Origin: an uncultured Planctomycetota bacterium
GTDB taxonomy: Bacteria > Planctomycetota > JACOTG01 > JAUIME01
Reading direction: 5' to 3'
Assembly: GCA_964597885.1 (NCBI GenBank)
Contig: CAZQZX010000001.1
Span: 9,849-73,848, forward strand
DNA length: 64,000 bases
Shown: piece after piece, positions 9,136-18,580 of the stretch
How positions within the stretch are numbered: position 1 is the stretch's first letter
Layout: every line of letters starts with the position of its first letter
Notes under the pieces: generated by a model
Database searches by the model: none
The model's input: only the letters and a program-made list of their open reading frames with translations
What the model was told of the DNA's origin: nothing
Made by a program: the position numbers and the translations under genes

Positions 9136-10977
9136 ATGCGATCTCCGCTCGATACCACCCGCCGATTCGCGACACGGTCGCTCCGCGCCGGCCCCACGGG
9201 CTTTGCCGCGGCCGCGCTCTGGGTTTCCGCGCTCGCCGCCATCGAAGTGCTCGGACGCCATTCGCCCTCGGATCTCGGCGACGCGCTCGGCGTCCTCGGG
9301 CTCGCCGGTCTCACACTCGTGACGATCGTGTGGCACCGCGATGTCGGCATCGCGTGGGTCGGGTTCCTGCTGCGAGCGGGGCGCCGCGTGATGCGCGCGG
9401 TCGTGCATCGACAGGCCACCGTCGGCGTCGACTTCCGGGCCGGCTCGCTCGATCCCTTCGGCTACCCGACGTTCCTCGCGCACGTGTTCGTGGCGTGCAC
9501 GCTGCTGGCGCTGTTCGGCTGGTTCTGGCCGGGCGTCCCCATCGAGGACCTGCGGGCCGCGCTCGCGCCGCGCCTCTACGTCGGCTACCTCGCGATCCTT
9601 ACCCTGCTGTGGGCGGGAGTGCTGTTCCTGTCGCTCGGGACGATCGTCCTGTTCTGCATGATGGTGCACGACGCGTTCGTGTGTCGCTCGAAGGACCCCG
9701 CCAAGCGTTCGCTCCGGCCCGAGATCCTGACGCTTCTCGGATCGGGAGTCGCGCTGCTGATCGCGGCCGTGGCTGTGAATCCTCGAATCGCGGTGACGGC
9801 GACGATGCTCCTTCTCGGCGTGCTCATCTGCGCGGCGATCCTTCCCGTGTCGCATCCCGTTCGGCTGGTGTGGAAGTCGAAGGCGACCGGCGGTGCGCTG
9901 CGCGCGGTGTCCGTGCGCTTCATGTCGGCGATGGAGGGCATCCACCTGGTGCTCGCGGTCTCGGCGTTGCTGTTCATCGCGCTCGGGAACGTCGTGCTGC
10001 AGGGCTCGGACGGGATCTCGGAAACGACGCCGGTCTCGAGCATTCTCGGGCGATGGCTCGCGTGGACGGGCGCACTCGGCGGCGGCTCGTACCTGCTCTA
10101 CGTGCTGTCGATCCTCTGGCTCGGCGTGCGACTCGATCCGAGACGGGCGCCTCGCCCCTCGATTCACGTGGACGGGCTCGACTCGTTCGTCGAACGGCGA
10201 CGGCTGTCGCGGTTGCTCGGCGCGCTCGGCTGGAAGACGCGCTTCACGAAGACGGCGCGCCGTGCGGACGTGCGCGTGCAGCTCGTTTCCGAAGCGGAGG
10301 CCGCGCAGGCTGCCGACGAGGCGGACCGATGGCCGGCCCGCGTCTCGGCGCAATCGATTCTCCGCCCTGACACGCTGCGCCGGCTCGCCCGCCGCGACGA
10401 GGTCCAGCGCCGACGTCGACTGATCAAAGGGCTGGAGACGCTCTACAAGAAGGCCTCGTCGCGTTCGTTCAAGAAGGGCGAGGGCTTCTGGATCGGCGTC
10501 CACCACTGGTTCATCCTGGGCCTGTCGCGCGACGAGAGCGAGGATGACTTCGATCTGTACCGCGACACCTGGCTGCGGCAGCATGTCGGCCCGCCGGTGG
10601 AGCGTGCGATCGACTGGCCGGCGCGCCAGCACCTGCATCACGTGCTTTGGTGTCTCGACCTCGACCTCATCTTCCTCGAGGACGGCGTCGGGTTCCGGGG
10701 ACTCAGGCGAGTGCTTCGCATCCTGTTCGAGATCCACGACACCTACGGCGGGATGCAGCGAGCCGAAGAGCGCATGATGAGCGGGATCCCGGGCGTTCGC
10801 GTCCTGATCCAGGAGGTCGGTCTGGAGCGCTCGCTCGACGCCTCCAACTACCCCGAGCCGGACTACGAGGACATCGGCCGGGCGCGTGTGCTCCACGTGT
10901 TCCGCGACCGCGGAGGCGACGAGGAGACCTTCGACGTGCCTGCGGACTTCGACCACGTGCCGCTGCTCGTCCCCTAG
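9136..10977 (+). CDS. Hypothetical polytopic membrane protein with large C-terminal soluble domain
   Basis: 613-aa ORF with coding-like codon use; about 8 TM segments followed by a soluble domain. Confidence 0.7.
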   Translation: MRSPLDTTRRFATRSLRAGPTGFAAAALWVSALAAIEVLGRHSPSDLGDALGVLGLAGLTLVTIVWHRDVGIAWVGFLLRAGRRVMRAVVHRQATVGVDFRAGSLDPFGYPTFLAHVFVACTLLALFGWFWPGVPIEDLRAALAPRLYVGYLAILTLLWAGVLFLSLGTIVLFCMMVHDAFVCRSKDPAKRSLRPEILTLLGSGVALLIAAVAVNPRIAVTATMLLLGVLICAAILPVSHPVRLVWKSKATGGALRAVSVRFMSAMEGIHLVLAVSALLFIALGNVVLQGSDGISETTPVSSILGRWLAWTGALGGGSYLLYVLSILWLGVRLDPRRAPRPSIHVDGLDSFVERRRLSRLLGALGWKTRFTKTARRADVRVQLVSEAEAAQAADEADRWPARVSAQSILRPDTLRRLARRDEVQRRRRLIKGLETLYKKASSRSFKKGEGFWIGVHHWFILGLSRDESEDDFDLYRDTWLRQHVGPPVERAIDWPARQHLHHVLWCLDLDLIFLEDGVGFRGLRRVLRILFEIHDTYGGMQRAEERMMSGIPGVRVLIQEVGLERSLDASNYPEPDYEDIGRARVLHVFRDRGGDEETFDVPADFDHVPLLVP

Positions 10978-11088
10978 CGTCGCGGCCGGCGCGGTTCCTC
11001 TCACCCTCCTCGCGATTCCTCCTGGCGATTTCCCCACCCGGCGCCTACAATCCGTGCGTTGCCCCACTTCCGCAGACGGAGAATCGAC

Positions 11089-12426
11089 ATGACACGCGAA
11101 TCGACGACTCGACGCACCTTTCTGAAGACGTCGGCCGCTGCGGCCGGCTTCGCCATGCTCCCCGGCCCGGTCTTCGGCTGGAGCGGATCGAGTCCGAACG
11201 ACAAGTTGCGCATCGCGTGCATCGGTGCCGGCGGCCGCGGCGGCTCGGCGGTCGATGCGGCCGTGAACAACGAGACGCTGGTCGCGTTCGCCGACGTCGA
11301 CGACGACATGGCCGCCAAGGCCAAGCAGAAGGCTCCGAAGGCGAAGGTCTTTCGCGACTACCGCCTGATGTTCGAGCAGATGGGCGACCAGATCGATGCG
11401 GTGACGATCTCGACGCCGGATCACATGCATTTCGCCCCGGCCTATGCGGCCCTGCAGATGGGCAAGCACGTCTTCTGCGAGAAGCCTCTGACGCATTCGA
11501 TCTGGGAAGCGCGGCAGCTGCGGACGGCGGCACGCAAGGCGGGCGTCGCGACGCAGATGGGCAACCAGGGGCACGCGAACGAAGGCACGCGCCGCGTGGT
11601 GGAGATCGTTCGTTCGGGAGTCCTCGGGGTCGTGCGCGAGGTGCATCACTGGACGAACCGCCCGATCTGGGCGCAGGGCATGGGACGTCCCGATCACAGT
11701 GAGTGCGTCCCCGTCGTTCCGAAGAATCTCGACTGGGACCTCTGGCTCGGCGTCGCTGCCGACCGTCCGTACGATCCGGCGTACTGCCCGTTCAACTGGC
11801 GCGGATGGTGGGATTTCGGGACCGGCGCTCTCGGCGACATGGGCTGTCACATCATGGACTCGGCATACTGGGCGCTCGATCTCGGCGCGCCGAAGACCGT
11901 CGAGGCGGTCGCCACCGCGCGCAACGCCGAGTCGGCCCCGAAGGCGTCCATGGTTCGCTACCGCTACGGCAAGAAAGGCGGCCGTCCCGGGCTCGACGTC
12001 GTCTGGCACGACGGCGGGCTGCGTCCGGTCGTTCCGATCTCGCTCGGCCCGAAGTGGAAGTGGAAGGCGAACGGCACGCTGATCGTCGGGGACAACGCTT
12101 CGCTCCTTTGCGACACGTACAGCGACAACGTGCAGATCGTTCCGGAAGCGAAGGAGAAGGAGCTCGAGTCGTCGCTTCCGGCACCGACGCTTCCGCGCGT
12201 CGAAGGCGGACACTACGCCGAGTGGTTCCGGGCGTGCCGGGGCGGCACGCCGGCCGGTTCGAACTTCGAGTATGCGGCGCCGTTCACCGAAGCGGTGCTG
12301 CTCGGGAACCTCGCCGTGCGCTCCGGCCGGCCGATCGAGTGGGATTCGAAGAACCTCAGGGCTACCAACTTCGAGCCCGCGAACCGGTTCGTCCGCAGGG
12401 CCTATCGCAAGGGGTTCGGCGTTTGA
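11089..12426 (+). CDS. Tat-exported Gfo/Idh/MocA-family oxidoreductase
   Basis: TRRTFLK Tat motif; IGAGGRG; STPDHMH; HVFCEKP; GDMGCH. Confidence 0.93.
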   Translation: MTRESTTRRTFLKTSAAAAGFAMLPGPVFGWSGSSPNDKLRIACIGAGGRGGSAVDAAVNNETLVAFADVDDDMAAKAKQKAPKAKVFRDYRLMFEQMGDQIDAVTISTPDHMHFAPAYAALQMGKHVFCEKPLTHSIWEARQLRTAARKAGVATQMGNQGHANEGTRRVVEIVRSGVLGVVREVHHWTNRPIWAQGMGRPDHSECVPVVPKNLDWDLWLGVAADRPYDPAYCPFNWRGWWDFGTGALGDMGCHIMDSAYWALDLGAPKTVEAVATARNAESAPKASMVRYRYGKKGGRPGLDVVWHDGGLRPVVPISLGPKWKWKANGTLIVGDNASLLCDTYSDNVQIVPEAKEKELESSLPAPTLPRVEGGHYAEWFRACRGGTPAGSNFEYAAPFTEAVLLGNLAVRSGRPIEWDSKNLRATNFEPANRFVRRAYRKGFGV

Positions 12427-13241
12427 GCGACGAGCCGAAGGATCAACCCGACGGCCAGGACGTTCTGCGCGGTCTCGTCCGGGAGGCCAGGCAGTTCCCC
12501 GAGATCCGCATCCTCGTCGGTCTTGGCGGATTGACACTGGGGATCTCACTGTTCTTCGTGGAGCTCGTGCGGTGGACGCCGATCGAGGCGGGCACCCTCC
12601 AGAAGATCAGCCTCAGCCTGGTAGGCCTTGCGGTGCTCGCGATGGTGTTCTCGGTCGTGCGCCGCGCGCTGAACCTGTCTTTCCGACCCGAGTCGAAGCA
12701 GAGGCTCCTTACCACGATTCTCGTGTCGTACGCGGTGCTTGCCGTCACGTTCACCGCGCTCTACTACAGCCTCGCGGTCGCCGGTGACTGGGAGGATTCG
12801 CGCTACAGCTACCGCTTCTACGAAGCCGAACGTCAGCGTCTCGAAGCCGGCGAAATCGACGCGCCCGCTCTGCGAACGAAGACGCGCCGTGCACTCGGCG
12901 GGTACTTCAACCGCTCGTGGCTCGGGGTCGAGGAGTTCGTGGTGGAGGAGACCGGGCGCGAGGTGGCGCACCCGCCCGAGGTCTACGTGGACGTGACGCG
13001 CCGGAAGTCGATCGAGGAGGTCGTCCGGTTCGACACGAGGACGCGCTTCGTCACGTTCGTGGACTGCGCGCACCTCGCCGTCGCGACGATGACGACCCTC
13101 GGGTACGGGGACATCTATCCGCTGAGCTGGATGGCCCGCCTTTCGGCGATCATCCACGTCATGTCGAGCACGTTCTTGCTCGGCGTCGGGCTGTCGCTCG
13201 TTCTCGGCGACTTCTGGGAGCGCAGCCACAAGGGGAAGTAG
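12423..13241 (+). CDS. Potassium channel-family protein
   Basis: TTG overlaps upstream stop; selectivity filter TMTTLGYGD flanked by TM helices. Confidence 0.8.
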   Translation: MSDEPKDQPDGQDVLRGLVREARQFPEIRILVGLGGLTLGISLFFVELVRWTPIEAGTLQKISLSLVGLAVLAMVFSVVRRALNLSFRPESKQRLLTTILVSYAVLAVTFTALYYSLAVAGDWEDSRYSYRFYEAERQRLEAGEIDAPALRTKTRRALGGYFNRSWLGVEEFVVEETGREVAHPPEVYVDVTRRKSIEEVVRFDTRTRFVTFVDCAHLAVATMTTLGYGDIYPLSWMARLSAIIHVMSSTFLLGVGLSLVLGDFWERSHKGK

Positions 13242-13259
13242 CCGCTCGCCGCGACGGGA

Positions 13260-14714
13260 TCAGAGGACCGGGCTGAACAGGCGCAGCACGTTCTCGGCCA
13301 CGCGCCGCCCGCGGCTCCGCGCGAGCCATCGCTTCTCGTCGAGAGGCTCGCACGACTCCATGTAGTCGTTCTGCAGGGTGACGATCTGCTGTGTGAAGTT
13401 GGGGCAGTACACGAACAACGTGAGCTCGAAGTTGAGCCAGAAGCTCCGCATGTCGAGGTTCACCGAACCAATCAGCCCGATAGAGCGGTCGACGGTAACC
13501 GTTTTCGAGTGCAAGAGCCCGCCTTCGTAGAGCAGGATGCGTACGCCGGCCGCCAGAAGCTCGTCGTACGTCGAGGCGCTCGCGTAGCGGACGAGGAACG
13601 AGTTGACCTTGCGCGGCACCACGATCGTCACGTCGACTCCCCGCCGCGCAGCCGTGACGAGCGCGGTCAGCATCGCGGCGTCGGGAACGAAGTACGGCGT
13701 CGTCATGATGAGCTCTCGACGTGCGGCGTACACCGTCGAGAGCAGCATCTGATGGATCGCTCCGGGGGCGTGCTGGGGGCCCGAAGGGAAGGCCTGGACG
13801 ACGGTCGGCCCGGCGTCGTCGGCGGGGCGGAGGTCTCCCGTTCGTCTCAGCTCTTCGATGCTCTCGGCGCCGTCGAGCCTCCAGTCCGCGAGGAAGATCG
13901 CATTCAGCGCTTCGACCGAGGGCCCCTCGACGCGAACCATCGTGTCGATCCATTCGCCGAAGTCCTCGTCCTGCTTGAAGAATCGGGGATCGACGAGGTT
14001 GAGGCTTCCCGTGTACCCGATGAGGCCGTCGATGACGGCGATCTTCCGATGGAGCCTCAGGTCGAGGCGTCGGAACAGACCTCGGAACATGCCGACGGGA
14101 AGCGCGCCGCGCACGTTCACTCCCGCATCGCGCAGCTGCGAGGCCTGCTTCGAGCGGAGGAATCTCTTGCTGCCGAGAGCATCCACGAGGATCCGGCAGC
14201 GAACGCCTCGCTGGGCGGCGCGGACGAGGGCCTCGACGACTTCATCCGCCATGCCGCCGTTCGACCAGATGTAGAACTCGAAGTGGCACGTGCTGCGCGA
14301 AGCGTCGATGTCGCGGATCATCGACCGGAGGGCTTCCTCGCTGTCATCGATGAGCTTCAGGAGGTTGCCGTTCAGCGCGGGAAGGCCGACGAGCGAGGTG
14401 CCGAGCCGTTCGAGCGAAGCGCTCGCCGGGTGGAACTGCGACCAGTCGACGTCGCGCTCGGTCGCGAGCGTGATCAGCCACCGCATGAGGGGTTCGCGGA
14501 GCTCTCTCGCGCGGGCCGCGCGCTCCGATCCGAGCCGGTTCTCGCCCACGAGGAGGTAGAGGATGGGCCCGCCGATCGGTAGCAGCACCACGAGCGCGAT
14601 CCACGCGTGGCTGACCCCGATCGCCCGCCGCCGCCAGATCACGCGAAACGTGATTCCCACGACGAACAGCCAGTAGGCGACGAGGAGAAGCTCGCCCCAG
14701 AAGTCCTCCATCAT
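13260..14714 (-). CDS. cls: Cardiolipin synthase
   Basis: N-terminal 2-TM PLDc_N; two HKD motifs (HRKIAVID, HSKTVTVD); GSVNLDMRSFWLNFE. Confidence 0.93.
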   Translation of the reverse strand: MMEDFWGELLLVAYWLFVVGITFRVIWRRRAIGVSHAWIALVVLLPIGGPILYLLVGENRLGSERAARARELREPLMRWLITLATERDVDWSQFHPASASLERLGTSLVGLPALNGNLLKLIDDSEEALRSMIRDIDASRSTCHFEFYIWSNGGMADEVVEALVRAAQRGVRCRILVDALGSKRFLRSKQASQLRDAGVNVRGALPVGMFRGLFRRLDLRLHRKIAVIDGLIGYTGSLNLVDPRFFKQDEDFGEWIDTMVRVEGPSVEALNAIFLADWRLDGAESIEELRRTGDLRPADDAGPTVVQAFPSGPQHAPGAIHQMLLSTVYAARRELIMTTPYFVPDAAMLTALVTAARRGVDVTIVVPRKVNSFLVRYASASTYDELLAAGVRILLYEGGLLHSKTVTVDRSIGLIGSVNLDMRSFWLNFELTLFVYCPNFTQQIVTLQNDYMESCEPLDEKRWLARSRGRRVAENVLRLFSPVL

Positions 14715-14790
14715 GTGGATCGGTGCCTCGGCGTCGCGTTGCCGGCGCGCGTGACTGACGCGTCGTTTCCCGCTTCCTTCGATCCGGACT

Positions 14791-15654
14791 CTACCCTGTG
14801 GAGTCCGATTCGCGCAACCAGACGCCGATCGTGCGTTCGTGCGGCGTCCCGAGATCGAGCCATCGGACGGGGCCGCCCGGCCAGGCTTCAGGGGCCGAGA
14901 GAGACAGCTCGGCGAGTGCGGCCGGATCGCCCGGAGCCAGCAGGAATGCGCAGGGGCCCTCGCCGTGGCGTTCGAGTCGTTCCTCGAGCCACGACTCGGT
15001 CCCGTGGCTCGTGGCCAGAAGCACCGGGCCGTCGCCGATCCGCGCGATTCGCGCCCCGAGCTCATCGACCGTTCCGAGATCCGTCGGCGGGCCCCAGGCG
15101 TGCGCGAGGTGGAAGCGGTCGGCGAGATCGGACAGGGCTCGGGTCGCGAGCACCACCGCAGCGACGCCCGCGAAGGGACCGTCGACCGGAGCTTCGACGC
15201 GCAGTTCCCGCGGCGTCTCGTCCTGGATGCGAAACGGAAGCGTTACGCCCATACCCTCGACGAACGCGAGCGACCACGCGAGCGCCACGCCGTCCGGCCG
15301 TTCGCGTCGCATCGGCGCCGGGCCGACGACATCGATGCCGGCTTCGACGAGAGCCTCGGCCTCGGCGGCGAGATCGTCGGACTCGACGGCCCACGCGCAC
15401 GGCCCGGCCTCATGGCGGATCGCCGCGTCCCAGATGGGCGAGGGCGCCCCGGGCTCGATCGTGGAGATCAGCTCGAGGTAGGAGCCGTCCGGGAACGGGA
15501 CGAGGTCCATGTGCGTGATGCCGTTGTCGTGCGGGCCTCCCCAACGAGGCGTCAGTCCCGCGCGACCGAATCGCTGCCGCAGGTCGGCGAGCGACGCTCC
15601 CGCGAACGTGACGTGATCGAGAAGCCGCGGAAGCGGATCTCGCCCGCGGCTCAC
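14791..15654 (-). CDS. VOC/glyoxalase-like domain protein
   Basis: LDHVT...GGPH...T......F.DGSYLEL; GTG overlaps upstream stop. Confidence 0.8.
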   Translation of the reverse strand: MSRGRDPLPRLLDHVTFAGASLADLRQRFGRAGLTPRWGGPHDNGITHMDLVPFPDGSYLELISTIEPGAPSPIWDAAIRHEAGPCAWAVESDDLAAEAEALVEAGIDVVGPAPMRRERPDGVALAWSLAFVEGMGVTLPFRIQDETPRELRVEAPVDGPFAGVAAVVLATRALSDLADRFHLAHAWGPPTDLGTVDELGARIARIGDGPVLLATSHGTESWLEERLERHGEGPCAFLLAPGDPAALAELSLSAPEAWPGGPVRWLDLGTPHERTIGVWLRESDSTG

Positions 15655-16625
15655 GGCGTGGCGCGGCGGCGGGCGACGTCGGCCTCGGCCGCGATCGAAC
15701 CGAAGGCAGCCCACTGCGCACCCGAAGCGAGATCCTCCATCAGCGCGTTGGCGGAGTCGCGATCTCCTTCGACGAGGAGCCAGTTGGCCACGCCGAAACC
15801 GGTCGACGCGGTCTCGATCGTGCCGTTGTCGCCGCGAACCTCCGCCAGCAGCCGATCCGGATCGATCTCGCCCTTGTACATCAGGAGCAGCCGGTGGTAG
15901 GCGGTGTTCTCGATGACGTCCATCTCGGCGCGAATGGGCTCGAGGGTCGCTCTCGCTTCATCGTCTTCTCCGAGGCGCCGCAGCGTCATGTACAGCCAGT
16001 GCGTCGTCGCGCAGAGCATGTCCGGGTTCCGCGAGACCTTGCGGCACTCGAGGTAGCAGCGCTTGGCGGATTCGTAGTCGGCCTGCACGAAGTACGCGAG
16101 CCCGAGGTGGTACCAGATGTTCGAGTGCAGGGTGCTGGTCGGCTGGTTGCGCGCGTTCGGGAGCCCGTCCTGCTCGACGACGTCCGCCTTGCCCTCGATG
16201 AGACGAGCGGCCTGCTCGAGATCCCACACGGCCTCGTCGAACTTGCGAAGCGTGATGTAGCGATGCCCACGGTGGCGATAGAGCTCGGGGCTCCCCGGGT
16301 GTAGCTTCAAGCCGCCCGAGTAGATGGCGACGGCGTCGCGGTAGCGTCCGAGATAGGCGGTGCGGCGGCCGTACCAGATGAGCGCGTCGAGGTTGTCGGG
16401 CTCGGACTCGTAGCGCGCGAGCGCCGCGGCGAGCTTCGCGTTGCGATCCTCGAGGACGGCTTCCGGGAGGGTCGGCGCGAAGAGCGGCTTGCCGAGAAGC
16501 GAGCGGGCCTCGGCGCCTTCGGGCAGCGGGGGCTCCGAATCGTTCTTCGAGGGTCCGGCGCAGGCTACAGTCAGCCCGAGGGTCATGTCGACGAGAAGGA
16601 CGGTGCCGAGGGCATCGTGACGCAT
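15651..16625 (-). CDS. TPR-repeat protein, probable lipoprotein
   Basis: AAGGAG SD; TVAC lipobox-like; TPRs (IWYGRRTAYLGRY, YRHRGHRYITLR, WYHLGLAYF). Confidence 0.8.
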   Translation of the reverse strand: MRHDALGTVLLVDMTLGLTVACAGPSKNDSEPPLPEGAEARSLLGKPLFAPTLPEAVLEDRNAKLAAALARYESEPDNLDALIWYGRRTAYLGRYRDAVAIYSGGLKLHPGSPELYRHRGHRYITLRKFDEAVWDLEQAARLIEGKADVVEQDGLPNARNQPTSTLHSNIWYHLGLAYFVQADYESAKRCYLECRKVSRNPDMLCATTHWLYMTLRRLGEDDEARATLEPIRAEMDVIENTAYHRLLLMYKGEIDPDRLLAEVRGDNGTIETASTGFGVANWLLVEGDRDSANALMEDLASGAQWAAFGSIAAEADVARRRATP

Positions 16626-16742
16626 CGAGGGGCTCCTTTCGAGATACCGGCGACGAAGGATCGTACACTGTCGCGGATCGGATGGCGACGCTTCCGCAAC
16701 CGGACCGGACGACGCCACTCACGAAGGCCGAGGAACGAGACG

Positions 16743-17567
16743 ATGGTGAGCGAACGACACGAGCTGCGGAGCGGGTGCCGGGAATTCCGGTCCTCGGCGA
16801 TCGTCGTGTCCGTGCTGATCCTCTCCTCGGTTCTCGCGATCGCTTGTGCGTCCGGCAACGGCGACGCGAGCCGGACCGTCCCCACCTACGGCTACGAGAT
16901 CGTCGAGCGCTTCCCCCATGACGAACGGGCTTTCACGCAGGGCCTCGTCATGCACGAGGGTCGGCTGTTCGAAGGCACCGGGCAGGAGGGCTTCTCCACG
17001 GTTCGCGAGGTCGAGCTCGAGAGCGGTCGGGTGCTGCGGCGCGTCCCGATCGAGAAGGAATACTTCGGCGAGGGGATCACGATCCTCGGCGATCGCGTGT
17101 ACCAGCTCACGTGGCGTGCGCAGAAGGCGTTCGTCTACGATGTCCGCACGTTCAAACGCGTCGGACAGTTCTCGTACCCGGGCGAGGGGTGGGGGCTCAC
17201 GCACGACGGCGAGCGGCTCATCATGAGCGACGGCACGGATGTCATCCGATACCTCGATCCCGCGTCCTTCAAGGAGATCGGTCGGGTCTCGGTGAAGGAC
17301 GGCGGCCGCCGCGTCTCGCGGCTCAACGAGCTCGAGTTCATCGACGGCGAGATCTGGGCCAACGTTTGGGAGACGGACCTGATCGTCCGGATCGACCCCG
17401 AGAGCGGCCAGGTGAACTCGTGGATCGACCTCGCCAATCTGCTGGGCGTGGCCCGCATCCCGGGGGACCGCGTGCTGAACGGTATCGCCTGGGACGCGGC
17501 CGAAGAGAGGCTCCTCGTCACCGGCAAGAACTGGCCGTACCTCTTCCACATCCGCCTGACCGACTGA
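16743..17567 (+). CDS. Glutaminyl-peptide cyclotransferase (type I, plant/bacterial beta-propeller), probable lipoprotein
   Basis: PHDERAFTQGL, FEGTG, FGEGIT, EGWGLT, LNELE, IWANVW, VLNGIAW, TGKNWP; AIAC lipobox-like; start uncertain. Confidence 0.92.
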   Translation: MVSERHELRSGCREFRSSAIVVSVLILSSVLAIACASGNGDASRTVPTYGYEIVERFPHDERAFTQGLVMHEGRLFEGTGQEGFSTVREVELESGRVLRRVPIEKEYFGEGITILGDRVYQLTWRAQKAFVYDVRTFKRVGQFSYPGEGWGLTHDGERLIMSDGTDVIRYLDPASFKEIGRVSVKDGGRRVSRLNELEFIDGEIWANVWETDLIVRIDPESGQVNSWIDLANLLGVARIPGDRVLNGIAWDAAEERLLVTGKNWPYLFHIRLTD

Positions 17568-17597
17568 CTTTTCCACGAGAAAGTCGGCATCTCCCGA

Positions 17598-17624
17598 TCA
17601 AGCCGCGCCCGTTTCGGCCGAAAA
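17598..17624 (+). promoter_or_regulatory. Putative sigma28 (FliA)-type promoter
   Basis: TCAAG-N14-GCCGAAAA upstream of the HDOD gene. Confidence 0.45.
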
Positions 17625-17708
17625 TGGAAATCGGAGCGTGGAATCCCCTCCAAGTGTCTCTTCAGACCTCCTTCCTCGGGAACTGCAACTGTCGGGCAAA
17701 ACGTACTC

Positions 17709-18551
17709 ATGACGAATCATCTGGAACAAATCCGTACTCATCTGGCCACGAACCTCGAATCCAGTGACATCGACCTTCCCGTCCTGCCTCAGGTCGCTAC
17801 AGAAGTCCTGCAGCTGACCACGGACAGCAGGGTCGACGCCGCGAAGCTCTCGGGGTTGATCCACAAGGACCAGGCGCTGGCCGGCCACATCCTGAAGATC
17901 GCGAACTCGGTCGCCTACTGCGGCCGCGTCCCGATCGTCTCGCTGCAGCAGGCCGTCGCGCGCCTCGGCATGAACCTGATCGGTGAGATCGCGTTCGCCG
18001 CGTGCGTCCGAAACCGCGTGTTCCACCTTCCGGGACACGAAAGGGAGATGCGCGAGCTGTGGCGTCACTCGATCGCGAGCGGCGCCTACGCCAAGGAAAT
18101 CGCGCGGCTCCTGCGTCGTAACGTCGAGGGCGCTTTCCTCTGCGGCCTCCTCCACAACGTCGGGAAGCCCATCGTTCTCCAGGTGGTCGCGGACGTCGAG
18201 AAGGATCTCGGCGAGACCGTGGCCTACGAAGAGGCGATCGAGCTCATGAACGAGTTCCATCTGCCGTACGGCAGGCTCCTCGGCGAGAAGTGGGAGCTCC
18301 CGGATTCGGTGCAGGAAGCGATCATCCACTACGGCGCCTACGCCGAAGCGGAATCCTTCGTCGAAGAAGCGAAGATCACCTGCCTCGCCGATCGACTCGG
18401 CACGTACGTGGCGGTGGTCGACATCTACGACGAAGAGAGCGTGCGTCACCATCCCGTTTACGAAGCGCTGAACCTGTATCAGGACGACGTCGACGACCTC
18501 CTCGGCATGAAGGAGAACGTGCTCGAGGTCGTTGATTCCATGGCCCTGTGA
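17709..18551 (+). CDS. HDOD-domain protein
   Basis: LPVLPQVA, DQALAGHILKIANS, QAVARLG, LWRHS, GLLHNVGK, W.LP. Confidence 0.92.
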   Translation: MTNHLEQIRTHLATNLESSDIDLPVLPQVATEVLQLTTDSRVDAAKLSGLIHKDQALAGHILKIANSVAYCGRVPIVSLQQAVARLGMNLIGEIAFAACVRNRVFHLPGHEREMRELWRHSIASGAYAKEIARLLRRNVEGAFLCGLLHNVGKPIVLQVVADVEKDLGETVAYEEAIELMNEFHLPYGRLLGEKWELPDSVQEAIIHYGAYAEAESFVEEAKITCLADRLGTYVAVVDIYDEESVRHHPVYEALNLYQDDVDDLLGMKENVLEVVDSMAL

Positions 18552-18580
18552 TTTCCGTATTCCTGTGATCTGATGGCCCC

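Noticed and set aside
8992-12549. 1185-aa minus-strand ORF, and similar long antisense ORFs (39993-42794, 50163-52196, 54591-56876, 36625-38658, 57426-59453)
   Set aside because: Shadow ORFs opposite well-supported genes; expected at high GC; no recognisable motifs
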